From an uncultured Nitrospiraceae bacterium (lineage in GTDB: Bacteria; Hydrogenedentota; Hydrogenedentia; Hydrogenedentales; SLHB01), in NCBI GenBank assembly GCA_964520685.1, contig CAZFOG010000004.1:1-54207 (forward strand): a stretch of 54,207 bases of DNA, written 5' to 3'. The translations under genes were made by a program, and so were the position numbers. Shown one piece after another: positions 1 to 9,534 of this stretch; within the stretch, counting starts at the first letter, position 1, and each line of letters begins with the position of its first letter. The notes below the pieces were generated by a model. That model was not told the DNA's origin, ran no database searches, and was given only the letters and a program-made list of their open reading frames with translations.

Positions 1-1158
1 GGCCAGGAGCGCGGCTGCCGTTCCGTGACCGCTCACATCGAGCACGTAGAAACCGGTATGTTCTTCATCCAGGCGGAAAACATTGAGGAGATCGCCTGCC
101 AGGCCCTCACAGGGCTGGTGGCGCCAGGCAAACTTCGCGCCGCAAATCTGCACGTCCTTCGGGGGAAGCAACGAACGTTGAACTTTGGCAGCCGCGTTTA
201 CGTTGGCGATCAAGCGCGTGTTCGCCTTCTGCAATTTGTCTGTGGCCTGTTGGAGCTGCTCGGCAGTGGTGATGTATTCAGTGATGTCCGATTGCACCCC
301 AATGAAGTTGCAGACTTCTCCCTCGTCGTTTCGTACGGGTGTGATCGACAAACGGTTCCAGAACGGAGTGCCGTCTTTCCGGTAGTTGAGAAGCTCCACG
401 ACACAATCGCGCTGCTCGGCGATAGCGCGTTTGATCTCGGCTCGGGCGTCTTCATTCGTGGCGGGCCCCTGCAGGAAACGGCAGTTTTTCCCGAGCACTT
501 CCTCGCGCGAGTAGCCGGTCAGGCGTTCGAAGCCCTCATTCACGTAGATGAGCGGATTGCCGGGCCGCGTGGCGTCGCTTATCGTGAATCCCTCGGCCGA
601 AATCGCTAGCGCGCGGTCACGCAAGAGCATTTGTTCTTTTATCTGCTTGCGAAGATTGATGTCTCGCGCGAGCATCCATGCCCCGTCGATGGCGCCATCG
701 GTGCGAACCAACGGGCGCGCCGTGATACTCAACCATAACCCTTGGCCGCCGGGAGCAGGCAGAGCGCGGGCCAGCCATTCCTCGGCGGAAACGGATTCGC
801 CGTTTAATGCACGGTTCAGTGGGGCCTCGCCGGAAGCCTCTCCGGCTGAATCACCCCTGCGAAATCCAAAGCGTACGGGCAGCGCATTCGCTTCCATCCC
901 GAGAAGCGCTTCGCCGAATACCTTCCGGGCAGATGCGTTTGCGCGCCTGATACGGCCTTCCGCATCCGCCACAACCAGACAGTCATCGATGGACTCAAAG
1001 ACGTAACACCAGTCATCGAGAAATGCATCCTCACCGGGTTCTCCTGACGGCTGGGGGTTCGCTGTGCGTTCCTGGCGGGCCTCCCATTTCATGGCAGGAA
1101 CCTGCACGGGAGACTCGTGCGGCGGTCCGTCTGTGTTCCCTGTTTGTGGCGACGTCAT
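1..1158 (-). CDS. PAS-LOV-PP2C/SpoIIE-type phosphatase, putative blue-light sensor (partial; C-terminus runs off the left edge)
   Basis: Not in the ORF track because there is no stop in the window. The minus frame is open for 386 codons from ATG (1156-1158) to base 1. The translation contains a PAS-like segment (FLDDWCYVFESIDDCLVVADAEGRIRRAN...). It is followed by a textbook LOV core (FTISDATRPGNPLIYVNEGFERLTGYSREEVLGKNCRFLQGPATNED...LLNYRKDGTPFWNRLSITPVRNDEGEVCNFIGVQSDITE). The start of a SpoIIE/PP2C domain comes next (QRSLLPPKDV...AGDLLNV...FYVLDVSGHGTAAALLA). Confidence 0.85.
   Translation of the reverse strand, partial: MTSPQTGNTDGPPHESPVQVPAMKWEARQERTANPQPSGEPGEDAFLDDWCYVFESIDDCLVVADAEGRIRRANASARKVFGEALLGMEANALPVRFGFRRGDSAGEASGEAPLNRALNGESVSAEEWLARALPAPGGQGLWLSITARPLVRTDGAIDGAWMLARDINLRKQIKEQMLLRDRALAISAEGFTISDATRPGNPLIYVNEGFERLTGYSREEVLGKNCRFLQGPATNEDARAEIKRAIAEQRDCVVELLNYRKDGTPFWNRLSITPVRNDEGEVCNFIGVQSDITEYITTAEQLQQATDKLQKANTRLIANVNAAAKVQRSLLPPKDVQICGAKFAWRHQPCEGLAGDLLNVFRLDEEHTGFYVLDVSGHGTAAALLA
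280..612 (-). other. LOV (flavin-binding PAS) domain with conserved adduct-forming cysteine
   Basis: GKNCRFLQG motif with the Cys codon (TGC on the minus strand) at 481-483. The downstream N...N...Q pattern (LLNY, FWN, FIGVQ) is typical of FMN-contacting LOV residues. Confidence 0.85.
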
Positions 1159-1361
1159 GCTGCTTCTCCCGAATCCGTATCGTAACACGCGTTTCGAGTG
1201 ACCCAATTCCCGAGTCACGGGCTGTCCAGCAGGGCTACAGCGTATCATAAATGGGGGCAAACGGCTCTCCCGCATGCCGAGTGCTTGATCCACCGGTCTC
1301 GAGCCGCGATACTTAGGGGCGAGTCCTGTCTGTCAGAACCTATCGAGCAGGGAGCTTTTCG

Positions 1362-2246
1362 ATGCTGTGCGCATTTTCGATTGCATTAGCGATTGTTTTG
1401 CTGCCCTCGTGGTCATACGCTGGCGAAGCGCCTGAAGGGCTGGTGCGGAAGCCTCTGTTCGAGGATTTGCAGCCGGACCTGGCCAAGGAAACCGTAGAAC
1501 GCAAAAACGACAGGGATCCCTTGTCCGATCAGGACAATACGGGGGGCTGGGTGCTCTATGCGCCCATGACGGACGAATTTAACGGCGAGACACTCGATGC
1601 CGGGAAGTGGCGGGATCACAATCCGCACTGGCTGGGGCGCCAGCCGGGTTTTTTCTACCCGGGGAATGTGACCGTGAGCGACGGCAAGCTTCAATTGACC
1701 ATGAAGAAAGAAGAAGTGGCCGAGATGCCCAAAGACAGGGGCTATCACACATACACGTGTGCGGCTGTGAAGAGTACGGAACCGGTGTTGTACGGCTATT
1801 TCGAGGTGAAGGCGCGCCCCATGGATTCGGCGGGCTCGAGTTCATTCTGGTTTTATAATTCAACGGAGAACTGGTGGACCGAAATCGACGTCTTCGAGCT
1901 GGGCGCAGGGGTTCCCAAGTTCGAGAAGGTCATGCACATGACCGTGCATGTCTTCCGCACACCCGGGGAAGGGGAGAACCACTGGAGCGTGGGGGGGCAG
2001 TTTACGGCGCCCGAACGGCTGGCCGATGATTATCACGTCTACGGATTGGAGTGGGACTCCCGGGAGATCAAGTTCTACTTTGACGGCGTGCTTGTGCGCC
2101 GGGGCGAGAACAGTCACTGGCATCAGCCGCTACACCTCAACTTCGACAGCGAAACCATGCCCGAGTGGTTTGGTTTGCCCGAGGACACGGCTCTGCCCTC
2201 GACATACAGCATCGAGTATGTCCGGGCATGGAAGAAGACGAAGTGA
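1362..2246 (+). CDS. Secreted glycoside hydrolase family 16 (beta-agarase/porphyranase/carrageenase-like subgroup)
   Basis: Signal peptide MLCAFSIALAIVLLPSWSYA|GE. GH16 catalytic motif ExDxxE present as TEIDVFE, preceded by SSFWFY. The N-terminal HWLGRQPGFFYPGNVTVSDGKLQL resembles the W-x-GR-x-P-x-F...NV-x-V block of marine galactanase GH16s. RBS AGGGAG lies 7 nt upstream. Confidence 0.8.
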   Translation: MLCAFSIALAIVLLPSWSYAGEAPEGLVRKPLFEDLQPDLAKETVERKNDRDPLSDQDNTGGWVLYAPMTDEFNGETLDAGKWRDHNPHWLGRQPGFFYPGNVTVSDGKLQLTMKKEEVAEMPKDRGYHTYTCAAVKSTEPVLYGYFEVKARPMDSAGSSSFWFYNSTENWWTEIDVFELGAGVPKFEKVMHMTVHVFRTPGEGENHWSVGGQFTAPERLADDYHVYGLEWDSREIKFYFDGVLVRRGENSHWHQPLHLNFDSETMPEWFGLPEDTALPSTYSIEYVRAWKKTK

Positions 2247-2263
2247 CCCGCAACGGAGGATTC

Positions 2264-5080
2264 ATGAGGTCAATTGCTCCCTTCATTATCATCGTCATAA
2301 GCGCCTTTGCATGGGCGGGTCCCGTGTCGAAGGGCCTTGTTCAGCAGTGGATCTTCACGCCGGAATACTTCGAGCTGGAGCACGCCAGGGCCTTGGACGG
2401 CGGTATGGATATCGATGTTGCCGGCCCAATCCAATTTGACGATATGCCCGCTGCGCTGCGTCTGGATGGAAGCGCGAACCGGCTTCTTATCACGGAAGAG
2501 CTCGAGTCAGCCCGCCTGCCTCGCAGGGATTTCACGGCGGAGGCCTGGGTCAAGGTGAACGTACCGCAGGACTGGGGCGGGTTGATCGGGGCACTCCGTG
2601 ACAATGGTCCGGAGGAGACGGGCTGGCTGCTTGGGTTTCGCGGCGATCGTTTCTGCTTCGGTCTCGCCACCAAAGGGGCGGATGACGGCAATGGCAAACT
2701 CACCTACCTGACGGCCGCGAAACCATTTGCCGGGGGCGAATGGCATCATGTTGCGGCCACGTATGATGGGAAAGAGATGCGGCTGTATGTCGACGGCGCG
2801 CTGTCGGCATCGACGCGCGAGCAGTCGGGGCCGATTCTCTATCCCGATACGACGTTTTTCGAGATAGGGGCCTACCACGACGACAACGAGGATTTTCGCA
2901 TGAAAGGGTCGTTGCTGGCAGTGCGTCTCTACGAGCGCGCCTTGACCGGGGCCGAGGTGGCAGTCAACTTTGCGGAACATGCCGGCCTGGTGCCGGCAGC
3001 TAATCCGCTGGCCCTCGGGCCGTATCTGCAGTTCAGGGATCCGTCCACGGCTGTGGTCGGCTGGCACACCGCGCGGCCGGTTCCATCCGTGCTGGAATGG
3101 CGTATCGGCGGCGATGTGCAGCGTGTCGTTGATGAAGCCCCCAAGACCGGCCATGTGCTCGAGGTCGGCGGGCTTGAGCGGAATACGGTTTACCGGTATC
3201 GGGTTGTGATCCAGGATGCCGCCAAGGAAGCGGCTACTGGATGGTATGAATGCGACACCATGTTCAACTACACCATGCTGCCCGTGCCCGAGCGGTCCAC
3301 GGCGAGCAGCGAGGAGGGCTCATCCGCCCGGGGCGCAGCGATTGCCAAGCGTATCGTCGACCAGACCGGCATTACGGCTGGTTATGCGCTGATTCTGGGA
3401 GCCAATGATGGCGAGGTGGCGTGCGAACTCGTCAGGCGAACGCAGCTTCGCGTTATTGGGGTGGAGCTGAACGCGGACAAGGTCGAAGCTGCCCGGAAAG
3501 CGCTCCACGCGGCTGGTGTGTACGGTCCCCGTCTCACGCTGCATGCGGCGGAATCTTACGCGAAACTGCCGTTCACCAAGTTCTTTGCCAATCTTGTTGT
3601 GCTGGACCGCGAACACATGGGGGATTCCCCTGACGGACTTGCCGACGAACTCGCGCGGGTGATGCGTCCGAACGGCGGGAAGCTTTTTGAAGTCAAGAAG
3701 GACGACGAAAGCGGGGGCTGGCTTCGCGTGGTGCGCCCGCCGCTGGACGGCGCCGGGGCCTGGTCCCACCAGTACGGCACGCCCGACAATTCGGCGCGCA
3801 GCCACGACACCCTGCTGGGCGCGACGGCCACCGACCAGCTCGAGATACAGTGGATTGGGCGGCCCGGGCCGCGGGCGATGGTGGATCGAAATCCCCGCAA
3901 ACCGTCCCCGTTATATGCGAATGGCCGCCTGTACACCCAGGGATTGCAGCGCATTATCGCGCAGGATGCGTACAACGGTGCGATTCTGTGGTCGATGGAG
4001 GTGCCGTCTTTTCAGCGCTACAACATGCCGCGGGACTGCAGCAACTGGTGCGTGGACGACGAAGCCGTGTATGCCGTGAGCCGGGACGCGTGTTGGCGGA
4101 TTGACGGCGCGACCGGCCGCCTCGATAGGGCCTATCCGGTGCGCGCTCCGCACGGGCGCTGGCCGTTCTCGTGGGGGTACGTGGCCAATGTCGACGATGT
4201 GCTCTATGGCAGCGCAGTCAAAGAAGGCGCGCACTATACAAACTACTGGGGCGGCGCAAAAGCGGGCTGGTACGATTCCGCCGTGGGCGATGTGACGCAC
4301 AAAGTGTGCAGCGACGCCATCTTTGCCCTGGACAAGGCCTCGGGCGAGATGCGCTGGAGCTATGGGGAAGGGGTCATTATCAATTCGACAATCGTCATCG
4401 CTGATGGTCGTGTGTTCTTCGTCGCGTGCCGCAATGAAACGGTCGCCGCATCCGAGGAGCGCCGGGTAGGATCTCCTGAATTGTGGCAGGACCAGTGTCT
4501 TGTCGCTCTTGACGCGGTTACGGGCGGCGTTGTATGGGAGCAGCCGATCGATACCGAAGACGGCACGGTTGTGTTCTACATGATCCACGCGAACGGGACA
4601 CTGGTCGTCGCGTTGTCGAACCGGAAATACCACATCTACGGATTCAGCGCACTGGACGGTACGCAGCTCTGGCATGCCGGGCATGACTGGACGGGGGCGG
4701 ACCACAGCGGCCACATGCAGCATCCCGTGGTGGTTGGAAACACGGTGTTCGTCGAACCCTGCGGCTACGATTTAGCCACAGGGACGCGTGTTACGGACAA
4801 GATGGGCCGTCACGAAGGCTGTGCAACCTACATGGCTACGGAGAATGCCCTGATCTACCGCGGGCAAGGGCGGCGCATGGCGATGTGGGACGTGGAGAGC
4901 GGCACGTCCACCTTCTGGGAGCGGCTGCGTCCGGGATGCTGGCTCAGTACCATGGCGGGCGGAGGGATGGTGCTGTCGCCGGAAGCGGGAGGCGGATGCA
5001 GTTGCGGCGGGTGGCTCGAAACGTCTCTTGCGTTTGCTCGCAGGGAGCCGAACCCGCGTGTTGCGGTGGTGGATGAATGA
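2264..5080 (+). CDS. Secreted multidomain protein: LamG/ConA-like + FN3-like + class-I methyltransferase-like Rossmann segment + PQQ-like beta-propeller
   Basis: The track ORF 2165..5080 overlaps GH16. The internal ATG at 2264 gives the signal peptide MRSIAPFIIIVISAFAWAG and follows GGAGGA. LamG-like block: FTAEAWVKV...GEWHHVAATYDGKEMRLYVDG. FN3/PAP-N-like block: PYLQFRDPSTAVVGWHT...NTVYRYRV. Rossmann block: GYALILGANDGEVACEL...RVIGVELNADKVEAARK...ANLVVLD. Repeated propeller motifs: AQDAYNGAILWS, LDKASGEMRWSY, ALDAVTGGVVWEQ, ALDGTQLWH. Confidence 0.7.
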   Translation: MRSIAPFIIIVISAFAWAGPVSKGLVQQWIFTPEYFELEHARALDGGMDIDVAGPIQFDDMPAALRLDGSANRLLITEELESARLPRRDFTAEAWVKVNVPQDWGGLIGALRDNGPEETGWLLGFRGDRFCFGLATKGADDGNGKLTYLTAAKPFAGGEWHHVAATYDGKEMRLYVDGALSASTREQSGPILYPDTTFFEIGAYHDDNEDFRMKGSLLAVRLYERALTGAEVAVNFAEHAGLVPAANPLALGPYLQFRDPSTAVVGWHTARPVPSVLEWRIGGDVQRVVDEAPKTGHVLEVGGLERNTVYRYRVVIQDAAKEAATGWYECDTMFNYTMLPVPERSTASSEEGSSARGAAIAKRIVDQTGITAGYALILGANDGEVACELVRRTQLRVIGVELNADKVEAARKALHAAGVYGPRLTLHAAESYAKLPFTKFFANLVVLDREHMGDSPDGLADELARVMRPNGGKLFEVKKDDESGGWLRVVRPPLDGAGAWSHQYGTPDNSARSHDTLLGATATDQLEIQWIGRPGPRAMVDRNPRKPSPLYANGRLYTQGLQRIIAQDAYNGAILWSMEVPSFQRYNMPRDCSNWCVDDEAVYAVSRDACWRIDGATGRLDRAYPVRAPHGRWPFSWGYVANVDDVLYGSAVKEGAHYTNYWGGAKAGWYDSAVGDVTHKVCSDAIFALDKASGEMRWSYGEGVIINSTIVIADGRVFFVACRNETVAASEERRVGSPELWQDQCLVALDAVTGGVVWEQPIDTEDGTVVFYMIHANGTLVVALSNRKYHIYGFSALDGTQLWHAGHDWTGADHSGHMQHPVVVGNTVFVEPCGYDLATGTRVTDKMGRHEGCATYMATENALIYRGQGRRMAMWDVESGTSTFWERLRPGCWLSTMAGGGMVLSPEAGGGCSCGGWLETSLAFARREPNPRVAVVDE

Positions 5081-6318
5081 ACAGGGAAGTGACAATGCAC
5101 TCACGAATTGGGGCAGTATTATCTAGCGTGATCCTCGTGGCCTGCGTGGCGTATGCCGACGACTGGCCGACCTACCGCCATGATAACCGGCGCAGCGGGG
5201 TGACCGCGGAAACGCTGGATGCCGCCCGTCTGTCTGAGGCGTGGGTGCATGCGCCAGCCTATCCGCCCCAACCCGCCTGGTCGGGGCCGGCGAAATGGGA
5301 TGCGTATGCCGGTATCGTGGGGTTGCGCTCGATGCGGAATTACGATCCGGTGTTCCATGCGATTGTTGCAGAGGGCGCTGTGTACTTTGGATCCTCGGCG
5401 GAAGATAGCGTCGTTTGTCTCGATGCCGTGACGGGGGATGTCCGGTGGGTTTATGTTACCGGCGGCCCGGTGCGCATTGCGCCATCCTGGGTTGATGCCA
5501 GACTGTATTTTGGCTCGGATGACGGGCACGCTTATTGTGTGAATGCGGCGGATGGGGCCCTGATCTGGAAGTACTCGCCGGTTCGCGAGCCGCGTTTGAT
5601 TCCCAACGACGGCAAACTGATTCCGCTGTGGCCGATACGAACGGGTGTGCTCGTCGATAGCGGTAAGGCCTACTTCGGCGCGGCGCTGTTGCCCTGGGAA
5701 CCGGCGTACTTGTGTGCGGTCGATGCCTCGACGGGCTCACTTGACGGTCCCGGACTCTATTGCAAGACCATGAACCACGTTACGATGGAAGGCGCGATGC
5801 TCGCCTCGCCGACCAAGCTTTACATGCCGCAGGGCCGCAGCGCCCCGATGGTGTTCGAGCGCGAGAACGGCGGCCATCTCGGCGATTTAGAGGGGGGCGG
5901 CGGCGTGTTTGCGGTACTGACGCCCGACATGCAGATCGCCCACGGTCCGGGCAACAAGACCGGCTGGCTCACCGTGAGCAATGCTGAAACGCGCGACAAG
6001 ATCGCGTCGGTTTCGCAGGGAAACGCGATGGTGGTCACCGAAACCCGGTCGTTTGTGTTGAAGGACGCCGAGCTGCTGGCGCTCGAGCGCGCTTCCGGCG
6101 AGACCCTGTGGCGTACCGTGACGAATCATCCCTATGCGCTTATTCTGGCGGGCGGTATTCTGTTTGCGGGGGGCAACGATGCGGTGGCCGCGTTTGACGC
6201 CCAGGATGGCCAGTGCATTAGAACGCTCCCCGTGAGGGGGTGCGCCCACGGCCTTGCCGTTGCCGGCGGGAGCCTGTTTGTGAGTACCGATACCGGGGCG
6301 GTTTACTGTTTCCGGTAG
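5077..6318 (+). CDS. Secreted PQQ-like (BamB-like) beta-propeller repeat protein
   Basis: ATGA start/stop overlap with the upstream gene (5077-5080). An alternative ATG at 5095 gives [21 protein letters not shown]. Starts [14 protein letters not shown] and carries repeats [49 protein letters not shown]. Confidence 0.7.
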   Translation: MNREVTMHSRIGAVLSSVILVACVAYADDWPTYRHDNRRSGVTAETLDAARLSEAWVHAPAYPPQPAWSGPAKWDAYAGIVGLRSMRNYDPVFHAIVAEGAVYFGSSAEDSVVCLDAVTGDVRWVYVTGGPVRIAPSWVDARLYFGSDDGHAYCVNAADGALIWKYSPVREPRLIPNDGKLIPLWPIRTGVLVDSGKAYFGAALLPWEPAYLCAVDASTGSLDGPGLYCKTMNHVTMEGAMLASPTKLYMPQGRSAPMVFERENGGHLGDLEGGGGVFAVLTPDMQIAHGPGNKTGWLTVSNAETRDKIASVSQGNAMVVTETRSFVLKDAELLALERASGETLWRTVTNHPYALILAGGILFAGGNDAVAAFDAQDGQCIRTLPVRGCAHGLAVAGGSLFVSTDTGAVYCFR

Positions 6319-6383
6319 CCCCCCACATGGTCTTGCGGGAGCCTTGGGTTACCCGACCGCGATCTGATACCCTTTCGCTTCGT

Positions 6384-8258
6384 ATGGAACGCATCAAACA
6401 GACACTGCGGGACTATTGGGGCTTCGATTCTTTTCGGCCCCTTCAAGATGAGGCCATCCATGCGATCCTGAGCGGGCGCGATTCAGTGGTGGTGATGCCG
6501 ACGGGGGGCGGTAAATCCCTCTGTTACCAGGCGCCAATACTGACCGGTACGGGTTTGGCCGTCGTCGTTTCTCCGCTGATTTCCTTGATGAAGGACCAGG
6601 TTGACGCGCTGCAGGGCAGGGGCGTTGCCGCGGCCTGCGTGCATAGCGGGCAAGGCCGCGACGAACACCGGAAGATCGCCGCCGACACCGCTGCCGGCGC
6701 CCTGAGCCTGCTCTATGTCGCCCCCGAACGCCTTACCCAACCCCGGTTTCTCAGCTTTCTGAAAAAGCAGCGCATTGCCTATTTTGTGGTGGATGAGGCC
6801 CACTGTATCAGCATGTGGGGCCACGATTTTCGCCCGAGCTACCGCGCGCTGCGCTGCCTGAAGGAGCATTTCCCGGACACGCATATCCACGCCTACACGG
6901 CCACGGCCACGGCGCGCGTGCGCGAGGACATCGCGGTATCGCTCGGCCTTGAAGAACCGCAGATCCTGGTGGGTTCGTTTGACCGTCCGAATCTCACGTA
7001 CTGGGTTATCCGGCGCACGGCACTCTACGAGCAGATCAAGGCGATCGCCGGCAAGCACCACGGCCAGTCGGGCATTATCTATTGCATCCGCCGCAAGGAC
7101 ACCGAACAGGTGGCCGCCTTTCTCAAGCGCACGGGATTCAACGCCCTGCCGTATCATGCCGGCCTGGCCGATCTGGTGCGCAAGCGCAACCAGGAGCGTT
7201 TCTTGCGCGAGGACGGGGCCATCGTCGTCGCCACCGTCGCGTTCGGTATGGGGATCGACAAGCCCGACGTGCGTTTCGTGGCGCATGCCGCCATGCCCCA
7301 GTCCCTCGAGCATTACCAGCAGGAGAGCGGCCGTGCCGGCCGCGATGGACTGCCCGCCGACTGCTATCTCCTGTTCGGCGAAGCGGATCACGATACGTGG
7401 CGGGCCATTCAAGGGGACCAGGAACCCCAGGTGAGGGCGGTCAGCGACCAGAAACTCGAGGCAATGCATGCAGCGTGCCGTAACACCATGTGCCGGCGGC
7501 GGGCTATCCTCGAGTACTTCGGCGAGCGGTATCCCGCCAAACGGTGCGGCGGCTGCGATGTCTGTTTAGCGAAGGCAGGTGACCGGGCCTCGGGTATCTC
7601 CAGAGTCTTTTCCCCAATGCGCAACACGAAGCGGGCAACGGCAGCGGTGTCCAGCAAGACCCGCGACTGGGACGAGGCTCTCTTCGAGAAGCTCCGGCGC
7701 ATCCGCCTGGATGAGGCACGTGCGCGCAATCTCCCGGCCTTTCGCATCTTCAGGGATGCCACTCTCCACGACATGGTGCGAAAGAAGCCCCTTACAAAGG
7801 AATCTTTTGTTCTGGTGCAGGGCGTGGGCAAATACAAGTGCCGCGATTACTGGCGGGTATTCTGTACGGCCGTACGCGAACACCTCGAGGATACCGGCCA
7901 GGCTTCAAAGCGCGCTGAAACCGGAAAGGGCGTATCGGCGGGCGGGGCCATCCCGCGTGATGCCCGGTCCCCTCGACGAGCCGCATACGCCCTGTTCGAA
8001 GAAGAGACCTCAATCGCAGACGTATGCCGCCAGCTTGGACGGGGAGAACGATGGGTAACCGCCGAATTGGAAGATTTTCTGCGGGAAACCGGCCGCACCA
8101 CTCCTTATCCCTGGGTGGACGACGAGACCTTCGCGCGTGTCGCCGCGGCTGCCCGGCAAATCATCGGCACACGCGTAAGAACCATCAGGCAGCACGTGGG
8201 TGATGAAGTCAGCGAGACCACAATCCGCCTGTGCCTGGCCTGTCTCCGTAATTCGTGA
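6384..8258 (+). CDS. recQ: ATP-dependent DNA helicase RecQ with HRDC and a C-terminal HTH-like tail
   Basis: Internal ATG at 6384 gives [25 protein letters not shown]. Helicase motifs [21 protein letters not shown] and [10 protein letters not shown]. Zn-binding cluster [12 protein letters not shown]...CGGCDVC. HRDC-like segment [24 protein letters not shown]. Confidence 0.9.
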   Translation: MERIKQTLRDYWGFDSFRPLQDEAIHAILSGRDSVVVMPTGGGKSLCYQAPILTGTGLAVVVSPLISLMKDQVDALQGRGVAAACVHSGQGRDEHRKIAADTAAGALSLLYVAPERLTQPRFLSFLKKQRIAYFVVDEAHCISMWGHDFRPSYRALRCLKEHFPDTHIHAYTATATARVREDIAVSLGLEEPQILVGSFDRPNLTYWVIRRTALYEQIKAIAGKHHGQSGIIYCIRRKDTEQVAAFLKRTGFNALPYHAGLADLVRKRNQERFLREDGAIVVATVAFGMGIDKPDVRFVAHAAMPQSLEHYQQESGRAGRDGLPADCYLLFGEADHDTWRAIQGDQEPQVRAVSDQKLEAMHAACRNTMCRRRAILEYFGERYPAKRCGGCDVCLAKAGDRASGISRVFSPMRNTKRATAAVSSKTRDWDEALFEKLRRIRLDEARARNLPAFRIFRDATLHDMVRKKPLTKESFVLVQGVGKYKCRDYWRVFCTAVREHLEDTGQASKRAETGKGVSAGGAIPRDARSPRRAAYALFEEETSIADVCRQLGRGERWVTAELEDFLRETGRTTPYPWVDDETFARVAAAARQIIGTRVRTIRQHVGDEVSETTIRLCLACLRNS

Positions 8259-8263
8259 GCCGG

Positions 8264-9505
8264 TCACGTCAGCGCCTCGAGGGTGTCTTCCAATCGCGAG
8301 AGGGTCTCGTCGATGTCGGGTTCCTGGTGCGAGAAGTTAATGTAACAAACGCTGTACAGCGACAAACCGTGCGCGTATGCTTCGCGGAACAGCTCCCCCG
8401 TGGCGTTTTCTACAGTCCGTCCGCGTTGGCAATCGACGAGGGCCGTGCAGGGCGCCAGGCCGCGGGCCTCGAGGGGGTATTCGAACTGCTCGAATAACGC
8501 GTTCACGCCCGTTTGAAAGCGTTTGCCCATGGCGTACAAATGGCCGATGACATCGTGCTCGCGGTACACGCCCAGCGCAGCTTTTGCCGCGGCAAGGGAA
8601 AGCGCCTCACCCGAATAGGTCGAACTCACGATCGCGCGCTCGAATTCATCCATGATGGCAGCTTTACCCGCGACGACCGACAGGGGGAGGCCGTTCGAGA
8701 TGCCCTTCGCGAAGACCGCTATATCGCAATCAACGTGGCAATACTCCTGGTAGCCGCCCAGCGCGACGCGGAACCCCGAAACGATCTCGTCGAGAACAAG
8801 CAGCGCGCCGTGTTCCCGCGTGAGTCTCCTCAGCCCGTTGAGAAACTCGGAGCCCTTGTCGGCCGTGGCGTAGTCCATCGACACGGCTACCGCGGCGATC
8901 CTGCCGCCCTCCTCGGCGAACAGCTTCTCGTATGCGGCGAGGTCGTTCCAGGGCATGGCGCGGTGCAGCTTCGACACGTCCACCGGCACGCCCCTCGGGG
9001 CGTCTTCCCGTACGCGCGGGAGGACATTCGCTCCGGCGGCCAGGCTGTTGAGCCACCCGTTGTACCCGCACTGGGCGATGATATCCCGGCCGGTGAACGC
9101 GCGGGCGGCCTTGAACGCGGCCGCGCAGGCCTCGCCGCCGGTCTTGAGATACCGCACCTTTTCGGCGCACGGAACCATCTCGACCACGCGTTCCGCCACC
9201 TCGCCCTCGAGCACACACGGGTGCGAGAAGACAGTGCCCTTCTCGAGCTGAGCCGCCACGGCTTCGTTCACAGCCGGATAACAGTACCCGAGCGAGATGG
9301 GGCCCAGCCCGTTGCGATAATCGATGTACTCGTTGCCGTCAATATCCCAAATGCGGCAGCCTTTTCCGTGGTCGATGTAGCACGGTTCCTCGGGCTCGAA
9401 CCGGGGCCGCTTGGACAAGGTTCCGGTGCCCGTCGCCAGGAATTTCTGGTACTGTTTGTACTTGGACCACGATTGTTGGGTGCTTCGGGCGACCATGCGT
9501 TCCAT
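8264..9505 (-). CDS. Class-III PLP aminotransferase (glutamate-1-semialdehyde aminomutase-like subfamily)
   Basis: N-terminus ...GKGCRIWDIDGNEYIDYRNGLGPISLGY, then KTGGEACAAAFKAARAFTGR and VLDEIVSGFR. Putative PLP-lysine context FAKGISNG. RBS GGAGGA lies 7 nt upstream. The gene sits 29 nt downstream of the OppF-like gene. Confidence 0.85.
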   Translation of the reverse strand: MERMVARSTQQSWSKYKQYQKFLATGTGTLSKRPRFEPEEPCYIDHGKGCRIWDIDGNEYIDYRNGLGPISLGYCYPAVNEAVAAQLEKGTVFSHPCVLEGEVAERVVEMVPCAEKVRYLKTGGEACAAAFKAARAFTGRDIIAQCGYNGWLNSLAAGANVLPRVREDAPRGVPVDVSKLHRAMPWNDLAAYEKLFAEEGGRIAAVAVSMDYATADKGSEFLNGLRRLTREHGALLVLDEIVSGFRVALGGYQEYCHVDCDIAVFAKGISNGLPLSVVAGKAAIMDEFERAIVSSTYSGEALSLAAAKAALGVYREHDVIGHLYAMGKRFQTGVNALFEQFEYPLEARGLAPCTALVDCQRGRTVENATGELFREAYAHGLSLYSVCYINFSHQEPDIDETLSRLEDTLEALT

Positions 9506-9534
9506 ATCTCATTCCTCCGATCAAGCATCCCGGC

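Noticed and set aside
25-609. 194-aa plus-strand ORF in the track
   Set aside because: It is the antisense shadow of the minus-strand PAS-LOV-PP2C gene. It has no recognisable motifs, whereas the opposite strand reads as a textbook LOV domain.
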